Part shown: positions 29,870-40,825 of the stretch, one piece after another
How the letters are laid out: each line of letters begins with the position of its first letter
Numbering within the stretch: the first letter of the stretch is position 1
Virus record (IMG/VR): IMGVR_UViG_3300013111_000141
Span: 32,761 to 96,760 of that record
From: a virus
Reading direction: 5' to 3' (one strand)
Length of the DNA stretch: 64,000 nt
Translations under genes and position numbers: made by a program
Notes under the pieces: model-generated
What the model was told of the DNA's origin: nothing
The model's database searches: none
The model's input: the letters and a program-made list of their open reading frames with translations, nothing else

Positions 29870-30889
29870 CTAACATCGTTTCCATTGATTAAGACACGCC
29901 TTCGCCGATAATCCATATTTTATGTTATTACGTATTAATGTTTGTAATTTATCCTCCGTATATCCATTAACTACCATATCGTTAATATCTTTTTCTTTAA
30001 CATCTTCAGGCCATATAAATATCCCATATGAGTTATCAACGACATTCTGCATTTTTTTTACTATTTGACTATTTCTAGGTTCATTATCATATATAAAAAC
30101 TACATCCTTAAATTTTTTAAAATACTCTAAATCACAATCACTTCCAGCCATTGCAACCGAATTATCAATAAATAATGAATCTAATGGACCCTCTAATACA
30201 TATACCGTATTATCCTTTTTAACATTGTCCAATCCATATAACTTCAAAACATCATCTTTTATTTTTATAGTTATATACCTAATAGATGAATCATTAATTG
30301 TCCTACCTTGTATTGCAACTAAATTATATTTATCATCAAAAAATGGTATCACAATTCTAGGATCATTCTTAATTAAATTATAAGAATGATTTGGTAATAT
30401 AGATTTAACCAAAAGTTCAAAATCATCAGAATAATATAACAAATCTAATTTAGTAATCTTTCTATTCTTTATATACTGTAATGCTATATGTCCTTCTTCT
30501 AGTTCAGACAATTTAATAACATTATCATAATCAAAACGTCTTCTTTTCCTATTATAAGAAAAATTCATATTATATTCAGGGTCATCGGATTTCTTTACCT
30601 TATCCGATAAACTCTTACCATACTTCCACAATTCCATAACATATTCATCATACAAAGGTTTATCAATCATCTTAATAAAATTCTTAAAATTCATTGATGC
30701 ACCACAATTATGACACATATAAAAATAATTATTCTTTTTTAAATATAAAAACCCTCTAGATTTTGTTTTATTTTTCTTAGAGTCACCACATAATGGACAT
30801 CTAAAATTGTACAAATTATCCTTTTTCTTCACAAACATATCAAACTTATAAGACATTCTCATAATATAAGAATTATCTATATAACTCAT
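29870..30889 (-). CDS. 61: DNA primase gp61
   Basis: CPLCGDS..K.R, CHNCG, RIVIPF, EGPLDSLF, DNEPRN, KDINDM. Confidence 0.93.
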   Translation of the reverse strand: MSYIDNSYIMRMSYKFDMFVKKKDNLYNFRCPLCGDSKKNKTKSRGFLYLKKNNYFYMCHNCGASMNFKNFIKMIDKPLYDEYVMELWKYGKSLSDKVKKSDDPEYNMNFSYNRKRRRFDYDNVIKLSELEEGHIALQYIKNRKITKLDLLYYSDDFELLVKSILPNHSYNLIKNDPRIVIPFFDDKYNLVAIQGRTINDSSIRYITIKIKDDVLKLYGLDNVKKDNTVYVLEGPLDSLFIDNSVAMAGSDCDLEYFKKFKDVVFIYDNEPRNSQIVKKMQNVVDNSYGIFIWPEDVKEKDINDMVVNGYTEDKLQTLIRNNIKYGLSAKACLNQWKRC

Positions 30890-30917
30890 ATCACCACCTC
30901 ACATCATATTAAATAAA

Positions 30918-31586
30918 TTACACCTCATTATGTCTATATAATATCATCATATTACCATAAGTATCATCCTGAATCACAACATTCTTTTTTGGGTTATTTT
31001 TAATATACTTCCTAACATCCTTTGACTCTTCTGACGACATATAATTCTTCCATCTCGCATACTTCTTCTTACCTTTCATCAAATTGACATATGTATCAAA
31101 TTTTACAGGATATACTGCAAACCCACCAAATTTAAATGGGGGAGTTTTCCCCAACCCTGCAAAATTACTAGTCTCTCCAGATGATCCAATAGGTCCAATA
31201 GCATTTGCAAAATTCTCATCAATACATTTCTTTTCACAATTATCAAATTCCATAACATTAACATACTCAATCAAACAACCTTTAAGTATCCTTTGACTTT
31301 CATCCGACAACTCACTCTCACGAATTAATGCAAAAGCAGCAACATATGATGCTATTTGACTACCACCACCCGGAATTTTAGACAATATACGTTTTATATT
31401 AAATACCAATCTATGAAGAAGTGTATATGACTCCTTTTCCTTTTTGGTCTTTAAAGTTTTACTAGTCCTCAAATTTTTACCATTCTTATCAATAATACCA
31501 TGTTTATAAGCTTCTTGTTTATGCCATGGTGTAGTCAAAATTCTCAAAAACTTATATGATATATAACCATCTATCATTGCCGACAT
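30918..31586 (-). CDS. Conserved T4-like hypothetical protein
   Basis: YKFLRIL..PW...AYKHGIIDKNG, HRLVFNIKR. Confidence 0.7.
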   Translation of the reverse strand: MSAMIDGYISYKFLRILTTPWHKQEAYKHGIIDKNGKNLRTSKTLKTKKEKESYTLLHRLVFNIKRILSKIPGGGSQIASYVAAFALIRESELSDESQRILKGCLIEYVNVMEFDNCEKKCIDENFANAIGPIGSSGETSNFAGLGKTPPFKFGGFAVYPVKFDTYVNLMKGKKKYARWKNYMSSEESKDVRKYIKNNPKKNVVIQDDTYGNMMILYRHNEV

Positions 31587-31966
31587 TATATCTCCTTTAA
31601 CTTTGTATATATATATGGGTCAGCATTAATAGTTTTTATATTAACACCATCCACATCAACCCTTGTGGGCAACCTGTCTATAAATAATAAAAATGTTTTC
31701 AAAATATAATGATATTCCCCATCAATCTTAAAAAACAATAATCTAGTACACGGTTCGCCATCTAAAACATTATACAATACTATTAAATGATTCAATATTA
31801 ATCTCTCTTTAAGAATACCACGATTATGATACCTATAAAATAATCGTTTAATATACTCAAATCGTTTCATATCATCCGTAAACTCTTCCAACGTATGACA
31901 ATTATAATTAACATACGACCTCATCTGATATATAACTATATTTTTATCATTTAAAATTTCAAACAT
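31586..31966 (-). CDS. Conserved T4-like hypothetical protein
   Basis: EFTDDMKRFEYIKRL, ERLILNHLIVLYNV. Confidence 0.7.
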   Translation of the reverse strand: MFEILNDKNIVIYQMRSYVNYNCHTLEEFTDDMKRFEYIKRLFYRYHNRGILKERLILNHLIVLYNVLDGEPCTRLLFFKIDGEYHYILKTFLLFIDRLPTRVDVDGVNIKTINADPYIYTKLKEI

Positions 31967-31989
31967 ACATTAAACTATTAAATAATATT

Positions 31990-32190
31990 TCAATCTTTTT
32001 TAACTGTTTTTTTAGAGGGTTTAGGTTTTTTCTTTACTTTTTCTACAGTCTCAACAACTTTCTCTGTATTAACAAGATCTAATAATCCTTTACGAGAAAT
32101 TAATAATTCATTAGTTCTGGGGTGTCTCCAACCCTCATTACTAGGTACTGCATCCGAACACCACTTTGGTGGATCTATTTTAACTGACAT
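31990..32190 (-). CDS. Conserved small phage protein
   Basis: PPKW..DAVP...GW.HPRTNELL. Confidence 0.6.
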   Translation of the reverse strand: MSVKIDPPKWCSDAVPSNEGWRHPRTNELLISRKGLLDLVNTEKVVETVEKVKKKPKPSKKTVKKD

Positions 32191-32962
32191 TTTTTTCTCC
32201 TATTTCTTTTAAATTTTTAAATTTAGTTGACTTTTCGTTCAAGTAACTGTTATATTTATATAACTCTTCAATAATAAAATACTCAGATATATTATCTTGT
32301 GTTGAATCTATCATATCATACGAATCCACACAATCAAAATACTCACTTAACATATCACCACCTTGCAGAAAATCAAATACATGTTCTTCCACATTCATAT
32401 TTTTTCTAATGGTATCAAATAATAATTTACCATCCTTAAAGTTTGACGGTAATCCTTTTTTAAAATTATCATAATCATTAGAAACTGCGGCAACTCTCAT
32501 CTTCGAAGCTGACATACCAATCACTCCATCCGAATCCGGATCACGTTTTCCAGCAGATTTCACTTCAATACTTGTAAAATTATAATACCCATGTCTAGAC
32601 TTAATATCATTATACTTATCCATTAACATTTTAAATTCATTAACACGGTCAGAACCAACAACCATAACAACATTATTAAAACCATCATCATATAATTTAA
32701 CTAAAATATCAAAAACATTACGTATATTATCATCATTAATAATACTTTTAGAATGTTTTGGAAACATTTTCTTTATAAATTTAACCTTATCTTTCAATGA
32801 AAGTGGGTTTTTCTTAGAATCATGACTCTTTGATAAATACATTCTATATTCACCAGAAGACACAGACGCCAACGCATCTAATAATTTACCGTGTCCTGTT
32901 GTTGGTGGATTCAATCTACCAAATGAAAAGGTAATTTCTTTACTCATTATCGCTATCCCCAC
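32180..32962 (-). CDS. Cytidylyltransferase-like (HxGH-family) protein
   Basis: FGRLNPPTTGH, KNPL, VVGSDR, SAGKRDPD, MSASKMR. Confidence 0.82.
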   Translation of the reverse strand: MGIAIMSKEITFSFGRLNPPTTGHGKLLDALASVSSGEYRMYLSKSHDSKKNPLSLKDKVKFIKKMFPKHSKSIINDDNIRNVFDILVKLYDDGFNNVVMVVGSDRVNEFKMLMDKYNDIKSRHGYYNFTSIEVKSAGKRDPDSDGVIGMSASKMRVAAVSNDYDNFKKGLPSNFKDGKLLFDTIRKNMNVEEHVFDFLQGGDMLSEYFDCVDSYDMIDSTQDNISEYFIIEELYKYNSYLNEKSTKFKNLKEIGEKNVS

Positions 32963-33359
32963 CAGTTAATAACAATATATCGTCAATCTGTTTTTTTATT
33001 ATTACTTCACGATTTGGCCAATAAATATAATCTTTATCATCATTCTTCATTAAATTATATAATAAAGGCATAATCATACGTTCAACTTGCAATAGTTTAT
33101 CCTCTACCACTTCTTTACTTATATCCATACTACTAGATTTATCTTCATACAATTGTTTTGTAGATAATAATTCACGCAATACATCATTTTGTTTCTCCAG
33201 AAAAACATCCATCTTCTCTAATACATGTTTTACTTCCACATTAGTAGTATCTATCTTTTTTGAAACTTCATCATTTGTTGATTTTATACTAACCAATTCT
33301 TCTTCATCTACTGCTGTAAATCCGAAATCTATCTCATCATATTTATATTCATTAACCAT
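32940..33359 (-). CDS. Conserved hypothetical protein
   Basis: DFGFTAVDE, PLLYNL...KDYIYWPNR. Confidence 0.65.
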   Translation of the reverse strand: MVNEYKYDEIDFGFTAVDEEELVSIKSTNDEVSKKIDTTNVEVKHVLEKMDVFLEKQNDVLRELLSTKQLYEDKSSSMDISKEVVEDKLLQVERMIMPLLYNLMKNDDKDYIYWPNREVIIKKQIDDILLLTGGDSDNE

Positions 33360-33367
33360 GTTAATTC

Positions 33368-33679
33368 CTACTTATTAAATATATATTTATCTTTTTCATG
33401 ATATAGTTCTTCCATAAGTCCATCTACAATAATTTCTACATTCTCAATATTACTAGATTCTATAGTCTCAGACCTACAAGTGAACCATCTTTTTAATTCA
33501 TTTAATATTGTTTTTTCTAAAGAAAAAATATCTTTCTTTTCAATATCAAGTTCATAAATTTTATAATAACTCAAGGTTGGATCACTAGTTCTATATGACT
33601 TAATCCGTTGGTCTGTGTTCTTTGTGATACCAACCTTGACTCTACTATCATGTATCTTTATTATATAATAGTAATACAT
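33368..33679 (-). CDS. GIY-YIG/T5orf172-like protein
   Basis: YYYII...VKVGITKN..QRIKSY.T, E...L. Confidence 0.55.
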   Translation of the reverse strand: MYYYYIIKIHDSRVKVGITKNTDQRIKSYRTSDPTLSYYKIYELDIEKKDIFSLEKTILNELKRWFTCRSETIESSNIENVEIIVDGLMEELYHEKDKYIFNK

Positions 33680-34101
33680 TACTCCAATCTACTTTCAATA
33701 AACATCTTTCGATTACGTTGCAACATATCCCACTTTTCATCCGTTTCCATCTTCGATCCACCATCATATGGCACGGCAAATCCTTCCATAACAAGAGTAT
33801 CATTAATACTTCTATCATCAGATTCTGTTATAAACAACTCACCTAGTACTCTACCATACTTACCAACACCATGAGATTTTATAATAAACTCACCATCGTT
33901 CTCATCTATTATCTCATATAAACGATGTTTGGCAGCTATCCCCAATTCCTTTTCTTCAAGAAACTTAGTCCTTGACTCTGCCGTATCAATAAACATTAAT
34001 CTAATTCGTTTTGTAACTGATACATCAAATCCTAAATCAATATAAGCATCTAATGTATCACCGTCAACAATGCGTTTTAAAATGGCATTATAGGTATACA
34101 C
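33679..34101 (-). CDS. Thermonuclease (SNase)-like nuclease
   Basis: RIVDGDT, IDLGF, RIRL..IDTAES, GKYGRVLG. Confidence 0.82.
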   Translation of the reverse strand: MYTYNAILKRIVDGDTLDAYIDLGFDVSVTKRIRLMFIDTAESRTKFLEEKELGIAAKHRLYEIIDENDGEFIIKSHGVGKYGRVLGELFITESDDRSINDTLVMEGFAVPYDGGSKMETDEKWDMLQRNRKMFIESRLE

Positions 34102-34844
34102 TATTCTTTCTCAGACGTTTCATCAACTTCTTCAATAGAACCATCTAAATAATGCATATATGTACCCATAATATATTTATCATTGGATTTAGGTTGTTCT
34201 CCTAAATGCGGGTGTGTCCAAAATGGAGGAAATATAGCAATACTCCCTTTTTTAGCAGGTATAGTAATGCCATATTCAGGGAACACCGTTTGTCCACCTT
34301 CTTCAACATCATTTAAATATAACAATATAACCAAAAACCTTCTTGCAGATGCATGGTCACCAACGTCAACATGATAATTAAAAAAATGATTTTCTTTATG
34401 TTCATACTTCTTTATACGAATTTCCTCACACGCAGCATTAGATGGAAAAAATGATATGTTATAAAATCTACGATAACTCTCAATATAATCATAAATTTTA
34501 TGCATAAATTCAACCGATAATTTAGACGAGTCAGTAGTCGGTTTAGACCCCTTAACCAGTTCTTCATCAAATAAATTAACTTCTTTAAAACATCTATAAT
34601 CCTCATGTTCGGTCAATTGTTGTCTATCTTCATTTTCATCAAAAAACTTAACAACCTTATCACACCATTCATCATCCACCGCATTTTCATATACAGTAAT
34701 AAAAGCCTTATTCATATCAGGTTCAATAACTACAAAATCATCTTTACTTTCAGTAGAATCTTCTGTTATATCTTCCAACTCAAGGGTTGGTTCAACACTT
34801 TCTTCAACTTCAACTTCAACTGTCTCTACATCCTTTTTACTCAT
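34101..34844 (-). CDS. 2OG-Fe(II) oxygenase
   Basis: HVD, LYLNDVEEGGQTVF, FPPFWTHPH, KYI. Confidence 0.88.
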   Translation of the reverse strand: MSKKDVETVEVEVEESVEPTLELEDITEDSTESKDDFVVIEPDMNKAFITVYENAVDDEWCDKVVKFFDENEDRQQLTEHEDYRCFKEVNLFDEELVKGSKPTTDSSKLSVEFMHKIYDYIESYRRFYNISFFPSNAACEEIRIKKYEHKENHFFNYHVDVGDHASARRFLVILLYLNDVEEGGQTVFPEYGITIPAKKGSIAIFPPFWTHPHLGEQPKSNDKYIMGTYMHYLDGSIEEVDETSEKE

Positions 34845-36214
34845 AATACTATCTCCACATTTCCTATACGTTTATTAAAATTCTTAGTCGCAACATCATT
34901 ACTACTTGTTTCATTAGTTATAGTTGATTGTGCATTATCAGACACATCATATAACCTCATTTTAGATTTATCAATCCCAACAACAAACCGCTTGGTTACA
35001 TTGGGATCATTATATCTATTCTTTAATTGTTTCACCATAATCTGATTCATTTGTTCTAATTCATCATTAGACATTAACGCAAACATCAAATCAGCCGTAG
35101 CCGGTAATCCAAAACTCTCTGACGTATCTTCTAAACCAATATCAGAAGATACAAATCCTTGTCTATTAACTTGAGTAGCACTAAATATTGGAACGTTATG
35201 TTCTACCGCAAGACCACGCACTTCTTCTGCTATTGATTTAATTAAAGTGTACGAATTTACATTACTACCATTCTTCAATCTAGAAGAACTACATATATTC
35301 AAATAGTCTATAAAAATAACATCCGGTTTAAATGTATTCTTAATCCATAACTCATTTAACAAATGATTAAAATGACTAACCGACGCAGATGCAGTTGGAT
35401 ATTCTTTTATTATCAACCTACCCGTACTCTTTTTCTTAACACGGTCAATGCGTTTAGTATATACATCAAAACTAAGTTCCTTCAATTGATGTATTGGAAT
35501 GTCCAATAAATTAGTGTCAACACGTTCAGCAATTTTTTCTTCCGACATCTCCAATGTAATATATAATACATTATACCCACCCATCATATGAGAAGCAGCA
35601 AGATCACACATAAATAAAGATTTCCCAACACCAGTTCCTGCCATTGCAATATTTAAGGTCTTTCTTGGTACACCACCATTAGTTATCTTATTAAATTTAT
35701 CTAAATGAAATGGGATTTTTTCTTCCTTTTCATTATAAAAATCAAATCGTTTCTTATAATCATCTATGAAATCATGCCCAACATTATTATCAAATGAAAC
35801 TGCCAAAGCATCACTCAATATCTTTGGCAGTTGTCCTTTATCCTTTTCACCATCACCATCAATTATACTAATTGACTCCAAAACAGCATTGTATAAAGCT
35901 CGTTCTTGACACCAATCTTCCGTAGTATTAACTACATATTCCAAATCCTCTTTAATATATTCATCTAATACTTCAACAACACTAACCACATTACTATACA
36001 AATTATCGTTTATATTAACAGAATCTAAACTAATCCGTAAAGCATTTGTAGTTGGAACATTATTATAATGTTCAAAATAATTATCAATTATATCATATAA
36101 GGTTCTATATTTATCTTCACTAAAATAATCACTCTTAACATAAGGCAATACCTTTCTACAATATTCTTCATTATGTGTTAAGTTCTTCAGTATCATCAAT
36201 TCCGTTAGACTCAT
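34841..36214 (-). CDS. 41: Replicative helicase gp41
   Basis: AGTGVGKS, LEMSEE, KEYPT, IDYLNIC, SATQVNR, TSESFGLPATAD, KQLKNRY. Confidence 0.95.
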   Translation of the reverse strand: MSLTELMILKNLTHNEEYCRKVLPYVKSDYFSEDKYRTLYDIIDNYFEHYNNVPTTNALRISLDSVNINDNLYSNVVSVVEVLDEYIKEDLEYVVNTTEDWCQERALYNAVLESISIIDGDGEKDKGQLPKILSDALAVSFDNNVGHDFIDDYKKRFDFYNEKEEKIPFHLDKFNKITNGGVPRKTLNIAMAGTGVGKSLFMCDLAASHMMGGYNVLYITLEMSEEKIAERVDTNLLDIPIHQLKELSFDVYTKRIDRVKKKSTGRLIIKEYPTASASVSHFNHLLNELWIKNTFKPDVIFIDYLNICSSSRLKNGSNVNSYTLIKSIAEEVRGLAVEHNVPIFSATQVNRQGFVSSDIGLEDTSESFGLPATADLMFALMSNDELEQMNQIMVKQLKNRYNDPNVTKRFVVGIDKSKMRLYDVSDNAQSTITNETSSNDVATKNFNKRIGNVEIVL

Positions 36215-36566
36215 CTACACTCTCATATTTATCAACATATTCATATAAAACAAAATTTAAAATCTTACCAACCAATACTTTAAATTCATCTGAACTATCT
36301 GCGGTTTTAACGCTAAAGTCATCATTACCAACCAAAGTATTATACCCATACTTGATTGTTAATTCATCACCACTTTCATCAATATTAACACCATCATATT
36401 TATATATAATGTCTTTAAACTCCCCCGTCTTAATTCTAATAGCATAATAATCCTCATGCTCAGACTCCACCACTTCATACATTTTCTTAAATTCCGATAC
36501 ACCATCTTCAGAAGTCATAAATGTAGCACAATCACTTAATTTCTTTAACTCATCTATATTATCCAT
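36171..36566 (-). CDS. Hypothetical protein in the gp40 position
   Basis: Located between uvsX and 41, as in T4. Confidence 0.55.
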   Translation of the reverse strand: MDNIDELKKLSDCATFMTSEDGVSEFKKMYEVVESEHEDYYAIRIKTGEFKDIIYKYDGVNIDESGDELTIKYGYNTLVGNDDFSVKTADSSDEFKVLVGKILNFVLYEYVDKYESVDESNGIDDTEELNT

Positions 36567-36575
36567 AATAATTCC

Positions 36576-37631
36576 CTACTTAATATTAAACAAATAATCA
36601 TCATCTGTCATAATCGTCTTATTACTTGATATACAATATCTGTTGCTTAAATAAGTTAAAAATTTCTCAGATTTCAGTATAGGTTTCCAAAATTCTATAT
36701 TATTAGTAGTAGACCCCCTAAACTTTTTATCTATAATCTCACCAGTTTCTAAATCAATAAGATTATACCAACCACCAGATCTCTTTATTATACCACAATC
36801 CACAGCCATGTCAAGTAACCCAGACCATCTATCTAATCCATCCTCAAAGGAAACATTTATAGGTATCTTCGACTTCTCTTTAACATACCTAGATTTCTCT
36901 ATATTAATTATAAAATTATAACCAGCCAAATCAGAACCAACCTTTTCTTGTTGTCTACCAACAATCCATATATTATCGGAAGAATAGTATGCACCCTTAC
37001 CACCAGACACCACTTGTTTTGAAAACATTTCCTGTGTGTCATACGTATGATTAATAACAATCATTGGAATGTCATTTAATGTAAGATGTGGTGTAACCAT
37101 CCTAAATAATGACTTGAATTGTTTTGCCCTTGTCATATCAGTAGCACTCTTCTCAGCATGAGCATCATCTACCTCTTTTTTCGATGCCAAATTACCAACA
37201 GAATCTATCATAATAAATATTCTATCATCACGACTAATTTCCTTCACTTGATTCATAATATCAAATTTAAGTTCCTCTAAATCTGTAACAGGAACATGTA
37301 ACACTCTACTAGTATCAATCTCAAATGTGTCAAAATATGATTGTGGTGTACCAAATTCACTGTCATAAAATATACATATAGACTCTTCATACTTATCCAT
37401 ATACGATTTCATACATAATAAACCGAATGCCGTCTTAAAATGTTTTGATGGTCCAGCAATCATAGTTAACCCAGAACTAAATCCACCAAAAGGACTTCCA
37501 GAAAAAGCAATATTAATAGCAGGAACTTTAGTAGTAACCACATCATTGCTATTCAAATAAATAGAATCTTGTAATACAGAAATTCTATCTTGTAAAGTAG
37601 AATTCTTCCTCATTCGTTCCATTAACCCCAT
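36576..37631 (-). CDS. uvsX: RecA-like recombinase UvsX
   Basis: AGPSKHFKT, YDSEFG, DSVGNLASKKE, DMTRAK, INHTY. Confidence 0.95.
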   Translation of the reverse strand: MGLMERMRKNSTLQDRISVLQDSIYLNSNDVVTTKVPAINIAFSGSPFGGFSSGLTMIAGPSKHFKTAFGLLCMKSYMDKYEESICIFYDSEFGTPQSYFDTFEIDTSRVLHVPVTDLEELKFDIMNQVKEISRDDRIFIMIDSVGNLASKKEVDDAHAEKSATDMTRAKQFKSLFRMVTPHLTLNDIPMIVINHTYDTQEMFSKQVVSGGKGAYYSSDNIWIVGRQQEKVGSDLAGYNFIINIEKSRYVKEKSKIPINVSFEDGLDRWSGLLDMAVDCGIIKRSGGWYNLIDLETGEIIDKKFRGSTTNNIEFWKPILKSEKFLTYLSNRYCISSNKTIMTDDDYLFNIK

Positions 37632-37643
37632 ATACTTCTCTCC

Positions 37644-40196
37644 TTATAAAAAATCATCTAAAACATTCCTATGTTCAACATCCCAACCAATAGAGTCGGT
37701 TATTGTCTTAATTGGATCTAAAAACGCTTTAGTAAATTGAACATCATAATTAATATACTTATTCAATTTAAATTCTGGCGGTAACACATCCAACATAGAA
37801 ATAGTATTATTATTAATAGGATTCGGTACTATTAAATAACAAAACTTTATCTTATCTCCCGATTTAATCGTTTGATATTTACCATTCAACCCCAAATCAC
37901 CAAGTAGAAAATTATAAAATAAAGCACCCTTTACGTGTATTGGAGTACCTTTAGTATATACATCTCTACTACTATAATATTTGTTAATACCCTCATTAAT
38001 ACCGCGTGGAAATGATATATCCATTATATCCATTTTTTTAAATTCCGTCCTGAAATCATCAATAAAATCTATTAAATCATCATTATTTTTATTAATTATA
38101 ATTCCCAAAGACTCTTTAATTTTTTCTCTACATCGTTCTGGAGTAGAACTTCTAACTGCCTCTATACCCATCATCTTCAATTTAGGTGTAGAATATCTAA
38201 CACCCTCATCATCAAATACATTTAATATATATCGTTTCTTGGATGTCCATATACCAACATCTGCAATAACTTCACGTGACATAACCATCTTATTTTCATA
38301 ACAACCCATATAATTATATAAATCCAAATACGCAGATAACAACATCGGTTCAAACTTTTCTTTACATATCTTATCAAGAATATCAACAACCTTAGATTTA
38401 TCAGAAACCGGTAATCCCAATTTACTAACTAAAGGAGTAAAATTAACATATAATGAATCAGTATCAATAGCAACAACATAATCACCACCAGTTGTTCCTA
38501 CAATAGAATCAATATAATCATTCATATATTTCTCTGCCCACTTAATAGACAGTTGTCCAGATAAAGTAACAGCCTCCGCAATTCTCAAATCATAATATCT
38601 AAAATAAGGATTACCCATAGCACCATATAATGCATTCATCATAATCTTAATAGCTAATTGTTGATTATGTAATGATGATATATTATTATCTAAATCATTA
38701 CCAACTTCCACTTCACGTTTCTTCTTAAGTGTAATCATGTCAGATTTAATCACACGACGTTCAGAATACAACTTATCAATTACAGATGGTATCACACCAA
38801 CAACATCTGTTCTATAATGTGTTCCATTCGCCGCCATAGTTGTTTCTGTCGAATCATATTGTCTGTCAAACTCTTTCACACTCAAACACCCCTCAACATC
38901 AACACCACTAGTACTAGATGGTAATATTGTCTCAGGAGACATGTTATATTGTTGTAATAACATAGGATATAGACTGTTTAAATCAAATGACACAACCCAC
39001 TCATGTTTACCTAAAATCGGTGGTTTAACATATCCACCGGCAAATGTAGACTTAATATTTTCCTTTTTTGGTGGGGGAACCATATTACTACCACACAATA
39101 ATCTATATATATAAGTATCCCATATCAATGTAGTACCGAACACAGAATCATAATTAACACCAGCTTTATATGCCATCGTAAAACACAAAGACATCAACCG
39201 TAATTTATCATCCAACCTGTCAACAATTTCAACATCTTTTATATTATAATCAATATACAATTGAAAATCATTTAAATATAACTCATGCAAACTGGAATGT
39301 TCAGAATAATCTAATTTACGATCACCCAATTCAACATACGCAATATGATCTAATCTATATGACTCTCTATTTACATATGTAAACTTTTTATATAAATCTA
39401 TATAATCCACCTGTTCAACACCAACAATACTATAATATTGATGGTCCTTTCCCATCTTAACAGCACTATGGTTACGAACAATTTTCCATGGTGAAATCTT
39501 ACTAACATAATATTTACCAAGTACTTTTTCTACTCTATTAACAATATATGGAATATCAAAAAATTTAATATTCCACCCAGTTATTACATCTGGTCTATGT
39601 TTTGGTGATGACCAAAAATTTATAAAACGTTTTAAAAGATCATCCTCATCTAAACACCTAATATACTTAATATTTAAATGTTTATGTGGTGATTTATCAA
39701 CATCATAATCCCTATAACCGAAAACATAATAGATATTCTCATTATCTTTAACAGTTATTGCAGTTATAGGTTGGGCACTTATTTGTGGATCTGGGAAACC
39801 ATCACTAGATTCAACTTCAATATCAATATTAGATACATTAATAAACTTCTCATTATATTCTATATCATTTGGATATCTATTATAGATATATTGAGATATA
39901 TAATTAGACATACCATGAATAGAAACATCAGTATCATTATATCTAGAAATAAATTCAGTAGACTCTTTCATACTACTGAATTGCATTTCCTTTAAAGGTA
40001 CTCCTTGAATAGACAACCAATCTTTATTAGGATTGCCAAATTTGTAGTAATCTTCTGCATTAGAATTACACTCTAAATACATAGTGGGTTCAAACTTAGT
40101 TCTCTCTGATTTGAAATTCCCATCTCTATCATACCCATTATACAATATATCATTACCTGAACGAGCAACAGTAGTATAGAAAAAATCAACACTCAT
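37644..40196 (-). CDS. 43: Family B DNA polymerase gp43
   Basis: DIEV, GWNIKFFDIPY, DYNIKDV, FDLNSLYP, KIMMNALYG, IDTDS, KKRY. Confidence 0.97.
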   Translation of the reverse strand: MSVDFFYTTVARSGNDILYNGYDRDGNFKSERTKFEPTMYLECNSNAEDYYKFGNPNKDWLSIQGVPLKEMQFSSMKESTEFISRYNDTDVSIHGMSNYISQYIYNRYPNDIEYNEKFINVSNIDIEVESSDGFPDPQISAQPITAITVKDNENIYYVFGYRDYDVDKSPHKHLNIKYIRCLDEDDLLKRFINFWSSPKHRPDVITGWNIKFFDIPYIVNRVEKVLGKYYVSKISPWKIVRNHSAVKMGKDHQYYSIVGVEQVDYIDLYKKFTYVNRESYRLDHIAYVELGDRKLDYSEHSSLHELYLNDFQLYIDYNIKDVEIVDRLDDKLRLMSLCFTMAYKAGVNYDSVFGTTLIWDTYIYRLLCGSNMVPPPKKENIKSTFAGGYVKPPILGKHEWVVSFDLNSLYPMLLQQYNMSPETILPSSTSGVDVEGCLSVKEFDRQYDSTETTMAANGTHYRTDVVGVIPSVIDKLYSERRVIKSDMITLKKKREVEVGNDLDNNISSLHNQQLAIKIMMNALYGAMGNPYFRYYDLRIAEAVTLSGQLSIKWAEKYMNDYIDSIVGTTGGDYVVAIDTDSLYVNFTPLVSKLGLPVSDKSKVVDILDKICKEKFEPMLLSAYLDLYNYMGCYENKMVMSREVIADVGIWTSKKRYILNVFDDEGVRYSTPKLKMMGIEAVRSSTPERCREKIKESLGIIINKNNDDLIDFIDDFRTEFKKMDIMDISFPRGINEGINKYYSSRDVYTKGTPIHVKGALFYNFLLGDLGLNGKYQTIKSGDKIKFCYLIVPNPINNNTISMLDVLPPEFKLNKYINYDVQFTKAFLDPIKTITDSIGWDVEHRNVLDDFL

Positions 40197-40221
40197 AATA
40201 AAAAAAACTCCAAATTATAAA

Positions 40222-40584
40222 CTATATTTTAACAAATGCAGAACTACCAGATTTAATAGGTTTGTTCGAACTCGGTATTACTATACCAGCACCAAATATT
40301 TTATTATATTCATTCACCAAATCAACCACGGGATCAACAACAAATGCAACAAAATCAACACTCATATTAATACAATCTTTCGCATCAGTATATGGCATAA
40401 ACGGTGCCAACCCAATCCTAGCAGTGGCAGTAGTAGGGTCAGAATATGAAGTAGCTAATTGACAAACATTTTTTAATTCGTAAATACCATCTTCTAACTT
40501 AACCTCACCCATTAATTCCTCACCAGATATCAATCTGACCACTTTAATACTACTCACTTTTTGTTTCTTCGTCTTTTTGTGCAA
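40222..40584 (-). CDS. Conserved Sm-like phage protein (true start probably GTG ~40557)
   Basis: IKVVRLISGEELMG, APFMPY, EYNKIFG. Confidence 0.65.
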   Translation of the reverse strand: MHKKTKKQKVSSIKVVRLISGEELMGEVKLEDGIYELKNVCQLATSYSDPTTATARIGLAPFMPYTDAKDCINMSVDFVAFVVDPVVDLVNEYNKIFGAGIVIPSSNKPIKSGSSAFVKI

Positions 40585-40804
40585 AATGCACTAACAAACT
40601 TTTTAATTTATTTTCAGCATCACTCAATTTATGTAACCATGAATCCAACTCATCAGTGATAGACGGTTCACTGTTTGTTTGATAATCCGAAACAACCGGA
40701 TTATCAAACAAATTTTTAATATGTGCTATAGCATCATCTCTCTCATACTCATACTTACGTATCATAGTTCTCATAAACAAATTATTTACATAGTTATTAC
40801 TCAT
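40550..40804 (-). CDS. Hypothetical protein
   Basis: Helical ORF in operon. Confidence 0.55.
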   Translation of the reverse strand: MSNNYVNNLFMRTMIRKYEYERDDAIAHIKNLFDNPVVSDYQTNSEPSITDELDSWLHKLSDAENKLKSLLVHFAQKDEETKSE

Positions 40805-40825
40805 TACACTCTCCCATTAATTAAA

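Noticed and set aside
32253-33347. TATAAATA copies at 32253-32260 and 33340-33347
   Set aside because: Both are inside coding regions of AT-rich DNA, so they cannot be distinguished from chance (internal late promoters remain possible)
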